A program made the position numbers and the translations under genes. From assembly GCF_036321535.1 (NCBI RefSeq), contig NC_087436.1:92010001-92074000 (forward strand): a stretch of DNA of 64,000 nucleotides, in the 5' to 3' direction. The DNA is from Camelus dromedarius (taxonomy: Eukaryota). Within the stretch, counting starts at the first letter, position 1. Every line of letters starts with the position of its first letter. The notes beneath the pieces are model-generated. The model was not told where the DNA came from. It did not search any database and saw only the letters and a program-made list of their open reading frames with translations. This document shows positions 12,683 to 25,539 of this stretch, piece by piece.

Positions 12683-13358
12683 CCAACTGTAGCACCAAGG
12701 CTTGGTCAAGAGAGACTTTGTGGAGAGCAGGAAATCTCTGCTGACACCTAAAAGAAGTAGAAGTTTGGGTGAAGAAGTAGAGGATGCAGCAGGGGAGAAA
12801 TTTCAAGCAGAGATCAGTATGTGCCAAGTCTCAGGGCAAGGATGCTCACAGTTTGGGCAGAGGGTGGATAGAGATGGAGTGGGGAAAGAAGGATTAGGGC
12901 AGTGGTACTGAATACAGAAATAGTGATTCATTTATAAAAGATTTTGCAGGGGATTTTAATAAGGGGATATTAAAAGGGGATATTAAAAGAGGATATTCCT
13001 TTTCTCGAAAGGAAAGCTAGCTCATGCAAGGAAAAACAATAAGGATGTAAACAGCAAGACAGAAATGATCTTGGTACTGAAATCTCCTTCAAATATTTTC
13101 TATTTTATTGGGAGATATTACTGGGGTGGGGAGGGAGGGGGAGTTGGTTTGTGGAATATTTTCCAAGTAGAAAATACTCTGGTTCTATCAGCAGCAGAAG
13201 AGAATGATTTATTGTTCAACAGTAGCTACTGGTGAAGGATTAAGCATTTCTGATTTTTAAAGCGACAGGCATGACAGGTCTATGAGGAGGACTCACAGCC
13301 ATGCTAATAGAAAGCCAAACACCTAAATTAGAGTCTCCTGTAATTTGTGTCTGTCTTT

Positions 13359-13402
13359 GGGAAAATCCATCATAGACTTCCGGTTTCGGTCACTTCCTCT
13401 TT
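13359..13402 (-). promoter_or_regulatory. Candidate ETS/PU.1-IRF-NF-kB motif cluster
   Basis: Minus strand reads AAAGAGGAAGTGACCGAAACCGGAAGT followed by GGATTTTCCC. Confidence 0.45.
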
Positions 13403-13649
13403 CATATCTGGGGCTTTTCTCACCTAGTGCTGCTCAAGGGCATCATAATTAACTCAACTTTCATTTGTCTGTGGGACCACCATTACCGGACTCTTGGTAG
13501 GGGCTAAGCCTGACACTTCACTGTGGGGATTCAGCTCCGAAAGGACAGGGACCTAGTCTCAATGAGTTAAATAATCAAAACAGTGCTGCAAAGCAAACAA
13601 GCCACTACAATGTAGGGCAAGAAGAAGTCAGTCTGGGGAGATTGCTGAG

Positions 13650-13745
13650 CCAACTCAGCAAACATTTATTAAGCACCTTCTGTGTGCTCAGCCATATGTT
13701 AGATGCTGATAAGGAAACAAAATAAACCAGGATATAATCCAGTGC
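13650..13745 (-). mobile_element. L2 3' end
   Basis: caactcagcaaacatttattaagcaccttctgtgtgc. Confidence 0.6.
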
Positions 13746-16349
13746 CAATATGTGGCCTGGTTTATTCATAATTCAAAGTAGGCCCTAGGGTGTAGACAGA
13801 CACCTAAAGATTTAGCTCTGGAATCTGTAGCCACAGGTAATGACAACTGCTCTTCAAACAACTAATGAAATGTGGTCATTAGTATGTGTCATGAAGGATT
13901 TCTCAGCAATAATTATTATCAGTGCCTTTCTAAGTCTTGTAAGAGGTTTCTTATATCCTGACCAAACACAAATTCAATTTAGTTGGCTAACATGGTCATA
14001 ATTTGAAAGAACTGTTGTCACATATAGCTTATGACTTGCTGCTGACTGAAGGCTGCATAAAGCTTGTTTTCTCTTAGTTGTTAACTTTTTTTAAGAGCTT
14101 TTACAATAACATACTACAGAATGTGATGTATCAGATCGAGTCTAACCCCAGCTAGCAGGCCCTAGAGGGGAGAAATAAATTGTTTTTTCAATGCATTCTC
14201 CAAATAATTCTTGCAGTGCCTTCTTTAGTTTGTCATACCCTTATTCCTTTTAGTTATCTGTGGCATCTACTTCAGAATGTGGAGTTTAAGCCTCTCCCCC
14301 AAAAACATTTTTATTCTTTTTAACTAACTAGGAGAATACAAGATCGTAAATCCTGAAGTGTCTCGTAAATTCATAATTGAACTTCATCTGTCACATTCTT
14401 TATTATTAGCGGCTAGTTGAAAGGATTCATCCTGGGTATCTCGGCGTTGAATTGAAACAAATTATGGGTCCAGTGCTAATGGATGCTGTGGATATGATAA
14501 TCTCTCCTAATGCTCTAAGATCATGATATAAGTTTTGAGAAAAATCAAGTAAATAGCACAAATATGTAATTTCTTCACGTAGAGTAACATTGTGTTGCTG
14601 TTAGTATGACAGAAAGGTAGTCATGGGTTAATGATCAGGAGCTTCTAGACTAGTGATTCATGTGTGCAAAATAGGTAAGAGAAAATATGGCTAAAATTCT
14701 GATAGTCCACATGCTGGCGGTCAGGTGAGCTGCAGTGGCCCATCGGTAACTCCCAGCTCCTCAAAGACCCCCTACCCTCTGAGATCCAAAAGTTAGCCCA
14801 TGTCTGATCCTCATGTATGGTCAAATTCAGCAAATTTTAACCATTAGAGATATAACCATTTAAGAAAAAAAGAAGTGTTGTGACTGAAAGAAGTCCTAAG
14901 ATTGAATTACACCCAGGTAGGAAGTTATTGAATTAATATCAATATGTGGGAAACACTGGCCCCAACATCTGGCATGAGGTGAATTAACAAATAATTTTGT
15001 TTAGTCTTCCTTAACTTGTTCTCGACTCATTTTTTTCTGATGTTAATTATAGAATTTAAAAAACACACAAATCTATACTCAAACAGTTTCTATCTTAATA
15101 TTTTTTATTAGGACAAAATCACCCAGATTGAAAACTATTCAAGAGTGCACAGGACAAAACCCGCTTTTGGAGAATGTGTCAAATTTTTACTGAATGAGAA
15201 GACAAATATACCTGATTATTCCTGGAGGGTAAGTTTTGTACCTACTAAAAGGACCAAGAGAAGAATGTGACAGATGAAGCTTAATGTATGAATTTATCCT
15301 TCTCAATGGACATATTGGAAGAAAACGAGAAATTTAGGACTTGACTGTTTTTTTCATTTTTGACATTCCATTCTTTGCTTTGGAGAGGGAAGATTAGTAA
15401 GGTGGTAAAAAGATGGTAAGAATCTGTAAGGAGCAGCACATGGCAAAGGGAAGAAGTGAGCTAGAGGTCAATGACTGGAATGAGTAATGATTAGGAGGAG
15501 GGGCAGAAATGACTGAAATCTGAAGCCCAGACACTAGTAGAATGTGGATGCTTTAAAGATGCTGATGAACAGGTAGCCTACTGCCCTTGCCCCTTTCTGA
15601 ACCCCAGACGCCCATGTTCTTGCCCATGATGTGACCGAGAAACTTCATGGACATTCAAGACACTGCCGTGGGAGGTACATTGGCCCTTTGGGGCAGTGTA
15701 GACGGCAGTTAGCTACAATAGAATCAGAGCTTTACTAGACAATAATTCTTTATGATGACATTTAGTAAAATCCTTTGCTTTGGGCACCTAACACCCCTTT
15801 CATGTTCTTTTCATTTAAAAAAAAAAAACACTCCAAATTTCCCGTGGCAAGCTACTTTACACCTCCTTGAACGGCGTGCCAGGGATTTGGGAGATTTGGC
15901 TTCAGCAGACAGCTTTAGAAAGCCACAGTAACTAGTCAAGGGATGGACACATGACATCCTGAAAAACAGTGACACACGATGGAGCTTTTGTTAGGACTCC
16001 ATCGCTCTCCTCTGTGTGGAGCAAGTCTATCAGCGCTGTTTTTCTAACAGCGTTTGCTCACTTTCGGTCTTTGTGTCACATTTTGGTAACTCTTGCAACG
16101 TTTCAGACTTTTTCATATTATTACATTTGTTACGTTGATCTGTGACCAGGGGGCTTTGATATTACCACGGTAATTGTTTGGGGGCTCCAAGAATCTTGCT
16201 CATATAAGACAGCAAACATAATCAATAAATGTTACGTGTCTTGAGATTTCTCCTTGGACCAGCTGTTCCCCATCTCTCCTCCTCTTCTTGGGTTTCCCTA
16301 TTCTCTGAGACACAACCATATTGAAATTAGGCCAATTAGTGACCCTGCA

Positions 16350-18101
16350 GTGGCCTCTAAGTGCCCAAGTGAAAGGAAGATTTGCACATTTCTCACTTGA
16401 AATCGCAAGGTAGAAATGATTAAGCTTAGTGAGGAAGGCGTGTCAAAAGCCAAGACAGGCCAAAAGTTAAGCCTTTTGCTCCAGTCAGGTTGTGGATGCA
16501 TAGGAAAAGCTTTCAAAGGAAATTAAAAATCCTACTCCAGTGAACACATGAATGATAAGAAAGCAAAACAGCCTTATTGCTGGTACAGAGAAAGTTTTTG
16601 TGGTCTGGTTAGAATATCAGACTATCCCCAACATTCCTTTAAGCCAAAGCCTGATCCAGAGCAACACCTTAACTCTCTTCAATTCTGTGAAGGCTGAGAG
16701 AGGTGAGGAAGCTGCAGAAGAAGAGTCTGAAGCTAGCGGAGTTGGCTCATGAGGTTTAAGGAAAGAAGCTGCCTCCATAACATTAAAGTGCAGGGTGAAG
16801 CAGCACGTGCTTATGTAGAAGCTGCAGAAAGTGATTCAGGAGACCCAGCTGAGATCATGCATGAAGGGGAACATGCTAAATACCGGATTTCCCAAGTAGA
16901 TGAAACAGCCTCATACTGGAAGGAGACATCATCTAGGACTTTCATAGCTAGAGAGTAGAAGTCAATGCCTGGCTTCAGAGCTTCAGAGGACAGGCTGACT
17001 CTCTTGTTATGGGCTAATGCAACTGGAGATTTTAAATTAAAGTCAGTGCTCACCTACCATTCTGAAAATATCCAGGCCCTTAAGAATTATGCTTAATCTG
17101 CTCTACCTGTATTTATCAATAAAACAACAAAGCCTGGATGACAGCACATCTATTTACAGCGTGGTTTTCTGAAATTTCAAGCCCACTGTTGAGAGCTACT
17201 GCTCAAAAAAAAAAAAAAAAAAAAAAGAGAGAGAGAGATTTCTTTCAAAATATTACTGCTCACCAACAATGCACCTGGTCATGCAAGAGGTCTGATGCAG
17301 ACAGACAATGAGATTAGTGTTGTTTTCATACCTGTTCATACAACATCCCTTCTATAGCTCGTAGATCAAAGGGTAATTTCAACTTTCAAGTTTTGTTATT
17401 TACGAAATACATTTTGTAAGGCTACAGCAGCCATAAAGAGTAATTCCTCTGATGAATTTGGGCAAGTAAATTGAAAATTTTCTGGAAAGGATTCACCATT
17501 CGAGATGCCATTAAGAACATTCATGATGATGAGGAAAGGTCAACATTAACAGGACTTTGAAAGATGTTGATTCCAACCTTCAGGAATGATGTCCAGGGTT
17601 TCAAGACTTCAGTGGAGGCAGTAAATGCAGATGTGGTGGAAGAAGCCAGACACCTAGAATTCAAAGTGGAGCCTGAAGATGTGGCTGAATATCAGCCGAT
17701 GAGGAGTTGCTTGTTGAGGACGAGCAAAGAAAGTGGTTTCTTGAGATGAAATTTACTTCTGGTAAAGATGCTGTGAAGATCGTTGAAATGACAACAAAGG
17801 ATTGAGAATATGACATAAACCTAGTTGACAAAGCAGCAGCAGGGTTTGAGAGGACTGACTCTGATTCTGACAGTTCTACTGTGGGTAAAATGCTATCAAA
17901 CAACGTTGCATGTTACAGAGAAATTGTTTGTGAAAGGAAGAGTCAATCAATGCAGCAAACTTCATGGTTGTCTTATTTTTAGAAATTGCCACCCACAGCC
18001 ACTCCAGCCTTCAGCAACCACCACCCTGATCAGTCAGCAGAGATCAAGAGTGAGGCAACAAGCAGAAAGATTACAACCTTCTAAAGGCTCAGGTCACTTA
18101 G
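16350..18101 (+). pseudogene. Decayed Tigger1 (pogo/CENP-B-like DDE) transposase
   Basis: Start codon mutated to GTG (gtggcctctaagtgc); multiple stops and frameshifts. Confidence 0.85.
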
Positions 18102-18147
18102 TATTTTTCGGCAGGAAAGTATTTTTACATTAAAGTATGCATGTTGC

Positions 18148-18283
18148 TTTTTTTAGGTGGGGGGAGGTAATTAGCTTTATTTATTTATTTCTAATTAATT
18201 TTTTAATGGAGGTACTGGGGACTGAACCCAGGACCTCATACACGCTAGGCATGTGCTCTACCACTAGGCTGTACCCTCCCCCC
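18148..18283 (-). mobile_element. Camelid tRNA-derived SINE (Vic-1-like) nested in Tigger1
   Basis: Reverse complement ggggagggtacagcctagtggtagagc...gtcctgggttcagtccccagtacctcc + A-rich tail, with A and B boxes and a degenerate TSD. Confidence 0.9.
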
Positions 18284-18767
18284 ATACATTGTTTTTTAAG
18301 ACACAACGCTATTCTACACTTAATAGACCATAGTATAGTGTGAACGTAACTTTTATATGCACTAGGAAGCCAAAAAATTCGTGTGACTCACTTTATTGTG
18401 GTTTTTTCCTTTATTACGGTGGTTTGGAACCAACCCATAATACTTCTGAATTATGACTGAATACGAACAAGAAACTATTGTTTTTATTAAGCCAATTTTA
18501 TTAATACTAACTAATATGTGGTACTTTGCCCAAAATAAAGAAAAGTTCTTCAGTATAGCAGAAGAGATTTAGAATCATACACATCTGTATTTAAATCCTA
18601 ATTCTACTACTGTCACAGGTTTGACTGTGGGTAAGAGAATTAATCTCTCTGCAGTTCATTTTTTTAAAATAATATACAAACAATACAATCCAAATTATCA
18701 ATAAAAAATCTGGTATGGAAATCTTTTAATACAATATATGCCACTAATATTACATAATAATGGAATT

Positions 18768-18962
18768 CAGATCTGCCTGATTCTGGAGGATGGGCTGTCA
18801 GGAGGGACTGGCAGCCAAGGGACACAAAAGAACTTCCTAGAAGGATGGAAATATGCTGTTCATTAGGATGGTAGTTAGGCAGTGTATGCTGTTGTCAAAA
18901 GTCATAAATCTAAATTTTATTGTATGCAATTATATCCCATTAAAGTTGAATTTAAAATAAAA
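18768..18962 (+). mobile_element. Old L1 3' end
   Basis: ggatggaaatatgctg...ttttattgtatgcaattatatcccattaaagttg. Confidence 0.65.
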
Positions 18963-20839
18963 CAAAATATTGCCAATAATAAAAAATGATAGCAACAAAA
19001 GAAAAGCAAGTAAAATATCAATAAGAACAATAAATTTTAAAAAGCCAGCTGCAACTGTTCTCTTTGGAAGCATTTTTAATAAAGTATGAAATGGTAAGTT
19101 ACCTATTTATTTACTTAAATTTAATCAGCTAGCAAATGTAATAAGCTTATAAGTATTTAATTTGCTTATCTCTCTTAATTTTAATGTTACGTATTTAATA
19201 AAATCCTATTACAAAAACAAAAATTCTAAACCAAACCACTTCATTATGTAAATTTATTGAAAATTTCCCTTATCCTAATAGCTTAACTTTATTTTAATTA
19301 TGCTTTGTTAAAGTAGTATTGTTGTATTTCAACGCCAAACAATTCAATTAGCATAATGATGAAGGTAATGCTTTGATTGGCTTGGTCAAGAAACTCTGTG
19401 ACTTCATTATGCACATCTCCTGTTAAGTACCTGAAATGTTGTATACCAAAACCTTTATCATGACTCTGATGTACCTGAACACATCTATTCTAAAACTGAA
19501 AGCATTTTTAATTGCTACAGGACCAATGTCTTTTAAGAGCAATATGCCAACATTCAAGGGGACTGTAACCCTTCTTTATAAAGGAAACATATTGTGTGAA
19601 ATATACAGAAAAGGAAAAATGATTTGTGTGAAGTGAGTCTTGCAGGAGAAATACAGCAAGGTTTTCTATAAGCTGGGCCTTATATTGGGCTATAATCTAG
19701 CTCCTTGAAAAACACTCAAAAGAGTGCTGATAAACTGCTGAGAGCTGATATTTTGAGAGCCTACTCACAACCCATTCCTTTTGAAACAATTCTTTTCAGA
19801 TTGATTTTGCTGGAATAAAAGAGGAAAGGCATCCAAGATTTAAATATCAAAAATTATGCACCATAATTTTGCTCCTCAATTCATGGGTGGATTATTCAAG
19901 TGCCTTTAAGTGCCACCCCTAAATTATTTAAAAGAAACTAAGTAATCTAAATTCTTCTGCTGCCTGAATTATTTAGGGCAGAGATGTTTCCTGTTGAATG
20001 CTTTTGTGGTCACATTTTTATGTCTTGGCTCAAGTGAATAAAATTAGCTTTAATGCAATAATACAAAAGCAATGGTTAGAAATTATACATGAAGTAATTG
20101 TCGTTGTTTTTCTCTTATGAAAATGATGAAGTAGGTATCAGCAATAATACACATTTCTTACTTTATTTTTAATAAAGCCCTATGCCAACAAGAAATCGCT
20201 CCTTTCTCTCTCTTTCTCTCTTTCTCTTACCTTATTTGAAAGTCAATTGCAATAAGAGTTCCTCTGCCAAGTTTTTAACTCATTTCTAAATCTGCCATTG
20301 CTGGTTCACATTTACTATTACCTATTATGAAATTTTATATTAGCAATAAGCCACTAACCAGTGTGGCCAATTACCTTGCTGAAGAGAAGCTGGCAATCTG
20401 TCATTTGATGTGAAACTCAGTGCATTCTCTTTGGAGCAGATCTTTGATTTTATTGCAAAGAGATAAAGCTGTGCTGTATTTGTTCCACAGGCTTCGGAAC
20501 AGGCTACCCTGAAGCCTTACTAGAGCCTCATGTTTGTCATTAAATTGAATTGTCTCTCATTTACTGACACTTTTAGCAAGTCTAAAGCCACATGGTTTGA
20601 GTTTCAGATTTTATTTCTCTTCTATCCTTCAGTTCAGGAGGTGGGAGAAAGGAGGGGGAAGGTCAGCTACAAGTTCCAAAATCACAGGACAGTAGGAAAA
20701 ATAAGAATGTGGACGTGACTAAATAAATCAAAAAGGGAATATGATGGCAATACGGCATTATTTTTTTCATTAGATACTCTCTTGAATTAAGTTGAGATAT
20801 TCCTGAATTGAATGGTATTTTAAATGCAATGAGCATCCT

Positions 20840-21110
20840 TTGTTAGTGGTTTCTGGAGGCAAGTAGCAGAAGGAAAAGGAAAAATATAGCTGAGACAGAC
20901 TGAGGAGGTAGAATTTACTAGATGGACACAGGGGTATTCACAGAATTCAAGGGCTCCAAAAGGAATTGGAGCAAGGCATTGGAAAGTTGTAGAGTTCTCA
21001 CTACACCCCTCAACTTGCTTCTCCCTGGACCTTCTCTTTCTCCCTCTGCACAGATTGGCTTTGCAGTCCACATGGCATGCAGACTTTGGCTAACCCAAAG
21101 TCCCAAAGTT
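20840..21110 (-). mobile_element. Ancient ERVL LTR (LTR16/LTR33-like)
   Basis: ttctctttctccctctgcacagattggctttgcagtccacatggc motif. Confidence 0.45.
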
Positions 21111-21671
21111 AGATCTGCTATGCTCAGGAGAAGCCCAGACTTACCCAAAATTCCCTGGAGGAAGAATTTTCTCAGCTCACTTGAGCCAGATGACTTCCCA
21201 AGGTCAAATCAACTTGTGGACAAGGACTTCGTTATGTGGCTTTGGGGACTAAGGTCGCCATAAGTTCCTTGGCAAAGGAGAAATTAGTTGTTCATGAGCT
21301 GGGCAGATACTCAATATATGCGCACCACAGAAACCTGCAGCTAAACCATTTTAAAGCAAATTGTCCCTTTAGGTCATGTCCTTTAAGAACTGGTATTCTT
21401 AAAGTAATTTACCAAACACTAACAAGTGAGACTTCTAGAATTCTATATTTTGCCTACATGAATAGAGATACTTTGTAAACTGAGTGTATAATTTTCTCCC
21501 TCCAGTGTCTACTTTTCCCTTGTTTTTCAGGTTTTTTTCTACCTGAAGCACAATTTCCTTTACTTCCCTGAAGTTGCCCTCAAAAACTGGGCTAGAGCAT
21601 TAGCTGTCAATTTATCGTGACCCTTATTCCCTTCGGAGGTCAATTAAGGACTACAGGTTTACTTACAGGAC

Positions 21672-22098
21672 TGTAAAGGTCAGGACTAGATTTTATAATT
21701 TCCACCATCCTCTTCTTTGCATGGTTCTGGATTAGGGCTTACCAGTGAGAAGCATTTGCATGAGGTTTGTATGAAGCCATTGTCTCCCAGGGGTAGCTGC
21801 ATTCAGCTACATAGACAAACAGGAGACCCAAGGTCTTCCTAGGGAGCTGAAGAACCACCAGCCTCACCACTGATGACTGGGCATGTTGTTGGGAGCTTCC
21901 TGGAGACGCTTAGGAACTGCAGCAGCTTCCAGGTGAGAACTTGATAACCATCTCTTTGATGTTTCGGGCTGAGATCTTCAACGGGCGGCTCCCTTGACCA
22001 AACTCTTTCAACAACTGTGTGCTTTCTTAATTTAAATATTAAGCCTTCTATACCTAGAATACATGAATGGCCTCTGTGTTCTTGCACCATGTCTGATA
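21672..22098 (+). mobile_element. Ancient ERVL LTR (LTR40/41-like)
   Basis: catggttctggattaggg ... ccttctatacctagaatacatgaatggcctctgtgttcttg. Confidence 0.4.
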
Positions 22099-25084
22099 AA
22101 AAGATTATTGAAATCTGCTATCAGCTTTAGCTGCGTTCATTAGCTATAAAATATACGGTCCTCCAGAGTCCATGCTCTTAGTCACTCTAAAATTAAATTC
22201 AAGGCCCCAAGCTGCATCATTTTTATCTTAAATAATACTTCTGCTTGTATGATCTGGAGTCTGATCATTTTCACCCAAGATGAGAAAATTTTCAAAAGTT
22301 TTCAAACTTAGAAGTCCCACAAAGTAGTGTTTGTATTTCTTTTAAGAAGAGTATAATATCATTACTTTTAAAAATATAATTTCCCCTTAACATACCCAAA
22401 GTCCTGTGGGAAAAACTTGGCAACGCTTATAAGTTGAAGACTGATGGTCTAGTCATCATCAAAAAGTTGCCTTCAGAACGTCTACCTTTCTCTTTTATGT
22501 ACAGTTTTGTATGTGACTGCCAGCCCAGTTGTGCCCCCTGGAAGTGTCCAGAGGCAAAGGTTCTTTATTTTTGGAACCAATTTGGAACTCCTTTGGAGCG
22601 CTCATTGCTCCCTACTGGTAGGACCCTCAGTGTATCACACATGACTCATCTTTCCATACTTCCCCATATAAGTATTTGTTTTTATTAAAATTAGTTTTGG
22701 CTGCTGGATTTTCCTTGGATCTTGAATTTGTATTAAGTTCGCATCACATCAGAGCACTGGGAGAAATAAGCACGGTATAAATAAATCAAATCCAATGAAT
22801 AAAGCATTAGGTGGGCTGTGGAACGGGGCAGAAGTGTCTGTATGTTTGCAGGAAATTCAATACAAGATGAATGGTTTTGGAAAATGTGTGCACAGCTAGA
22901 AAAGGCCTCCAAATGAGCAGGCCAAAGGCAATAAGTCTTTCATTTACACTTCAGTGGCCCGTCCTGCTCAAATTTGCACGGTCTTTGAAATCCAGCTGTG
23001 GAAACCCTCTTTTTCACTTTGAAACCAAAGTCACTGGATTCTACTATGATTTTCACACATTAAAATAAACATGTCTATGGATGGATGATTATTCTCTTGG
23101 CTAGAATTTGTGAAAGTAATGAGAAAGTTTATAGTTAGTTGGGAGATGTTGATGAGGCTAGGTTCATAATCAGCAGAGGCTTGCTGGAAGTCTTATGGCA
23201 GAACTTGGCACCCAGCCGTGGGTGGTGTTATATTGTTATAGCCCTACTCACAGTTTCAAGTGAAAATTTGTTTTTTAAATGACAGTAATTTCCTTAACTT
23301 GTTTTCTTATTATCGAGCAATGTCTACAGTGAAACGTTAAGGCTTCCAGGATGCGCTGTGCCAAGCAGTAAAAGGAGTAGCACACATTTCACCGGCATCC
23401 ACAGCCCTCATTCAGACCATGAAAAATGTCACTACATTTCACCCAGATCTGCAAAGTTGGCAAGAGTTTGAAAAAGGTCTGTAAGACTGAAAAACAAAAA
23501 CTGATGATCTGATTTCAATTACATTTAACTTTTATGTGTTGATTAACTTCAGTGTTGATTATTTTGGGGGGGATAAAGTATGAACCTAATTACATGTTTT
23601 GATTTTTAATTACTTTTCCCTGTATCTTAGAAAGATATTATACGTCAAATCCTAAAGCATGTTCACTTAGCAAAAATCTAGACTTTTAACTTTTTAGAGA
23701 CTTTTTCAAACTACTAGGGAAATAGTATATTTTCAAAATATCATTAAGCAGCACATTTTTAGCAAACACTAGTTCATCACTTGGCTATTCTTAAGACAGC
23801 AGTTTGAGGAGGAAGAAACCATGAAAGAAAAAAAAAATGTTTCTATTCCTACACTCTGAACTAATCTTCAAGGGAGAGAAAAGAGCAGGAAAAAGAGCAA
23901 TGGAGGATGATGGCAGGGGACTGTCATCTGCTCAGAGGAAGTTAAACAAAACTTCCTTCGGAGAAGAGTTATGACGTCACCCACCTCAAGCTGTATACAA
24001 GCTTTAAACATAAGCAACAAGAATTTTGAAAGAAAGCCCACGTCTACATTAGATCTCAGAAGACAGTTTACTAAAAATTTACCATGAGTTTCCTTGTCCA
24101 AATCATTTAATCATGAGTCTTGTTCAGATCTCAGAACGTCGAATCTTCCATGCTGTGTTTGAGCTCATATTCTCTACGGACACCCACACACACATAAAAA
24201 TATTAGCGATCTAGAAGCCTTCGTGTTAAAGTCTTAACAAGATTTTACCTGTGCAAGGAAGACTTGATAGCACTTTTTGGAGCAATATTGTTCAAATGCC
24301 ATCAGGGAAATTACATGGGAGGGGAAATCTTATTTATACACATTATGAATTTTTGTTCACTGGATTATTATCTTAGCCCATAAAAATCCCTGAGTAGTTA
24401 AAGTTAAAACCTCCTTTAAAGTTGTCAGGTGGAATGTCAACACTAACACAATGTAATACGTAAATCCTGCGATACTTGTCTTTAATAAGCACAACTAGAT
24501 TTTAGAAGAAGCACAAAGTAATGGCATTATCGTTCTCTAAATTTTAAGATTTGTGTATTTTTCTTGAATAACGATGAATACCTTTCACAGCCTCTCCCAG
24601 GATTTCAGGTTAAATGATTACTGGTATAAGACAAGCATCAAAGTGTACTTTGAACCAGGGAGAAAAATATTAACATAGTTTGCAACAATAAACTCCAGAG
24701 GCAAATCAGACATTCCCTGATTCAACTTAACATTCATTGTATGTTTATGGCATGCCAGTTTGGAGCATGCCAGAAGGAAAGACCTCTAGCAAGCCACATG
24801 GAAATTTCCAGCACCTAGAGAGGAAAATGAAGGGACATTGATAAATATGCTTTAATAGAAAGAAAGTAACCCAGAGCTTCAGAAACTACAAAATACGTAG
24901 GTCACAACTGCACCTCTGCTGCACGTAAAACATACACACCAAGGTTTTGTAGGTTGTCTGTTTATTTTGTTTTATAATCTAAAGTTCTCTAATTCTGTCC
25001 TAATATTTTTTTCAATAATCTTCCAAGATGAGTGTTCCAGTGAGCTTCATCCATTTGCTCCCTTTTAGCATCTCTTTGGTGTTT

Positions 25085-25181
25085 TATTTTAATTTTCTTT
25101 TTTGATGGAGGTACCAGGGATTGAACCCAGGAACTTGTGCATGCTAAGTGTGCACTCTACCTCTGAGCTATATCCTCCCAC
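25085..25181 (-). mobile_element. Camelid tRNA-derived SINE (Vic-1-like)
   Basis: Reverse complement gggaggatatagctcagaggtagagtgc...cctgggttcaatccc. TSD ctct(t/g)tggtgttt at 25072-25084 and 25182-25194. Confidence 0.9.
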
Positions 25182-25456
25182 CTCTGTGGTGTTTAGAAAT
25201 CTCATTACATTTTTTTCACACAAGACAACAAGGATGAGTGGACAAATGAGGGAGAATTAACACGAATTAACACTCTCTGAGGAACAACAACAAAAAAAGG
25301 TTAAGTGTAGACTGATGGCCAAGTGTGGGAAATTCTAACTAGTGTCAGAAAAGCTTTAATTTATAATCTGAAACTCTAGCTAGAAAAGTAATGATTTTTG
25401 TAACCAGGAAGTAAAATTTAGGATTGAATCACCACTTCTACATATACACTTTATAC

Positions 25457-25459
<3 letters not shown>

Positions 25460-25511
<52 letters not shown>

Positions 25512-25532
25512 GAGAGAGAGAAAGAGAGAGAG
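25460..25532. repeat. (TG)25 followed by a GA-rich microsatellite
   Basis: Directly visible in the sequence. Confidence 0.95.
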
Positions 25533-25539
25533 AACACAA

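Larger units (their letters stand above)
16010..18459 (+). mobile_element. Tigger1 DNA transposon, near full length (left end missing)
   Basis: Colinear with the Tigger1 consensus as I recall it. ORF fragments [21 protein letters not shown] and [19 protein letters not shown]...DETASYWKETSSRTFIARE. Right end ggaaccaacccataatacttctgaattatgactg. Confidence 0.95.

Noticed and set aside
18148..18283. tRNA gene calls for the A/B-box sequences
   Set aside because: They have SINE tails and TSDs and lack an acceptor stem, so they are SINEs. No tRNA, rRNA or CRISPR array was seen in the window.
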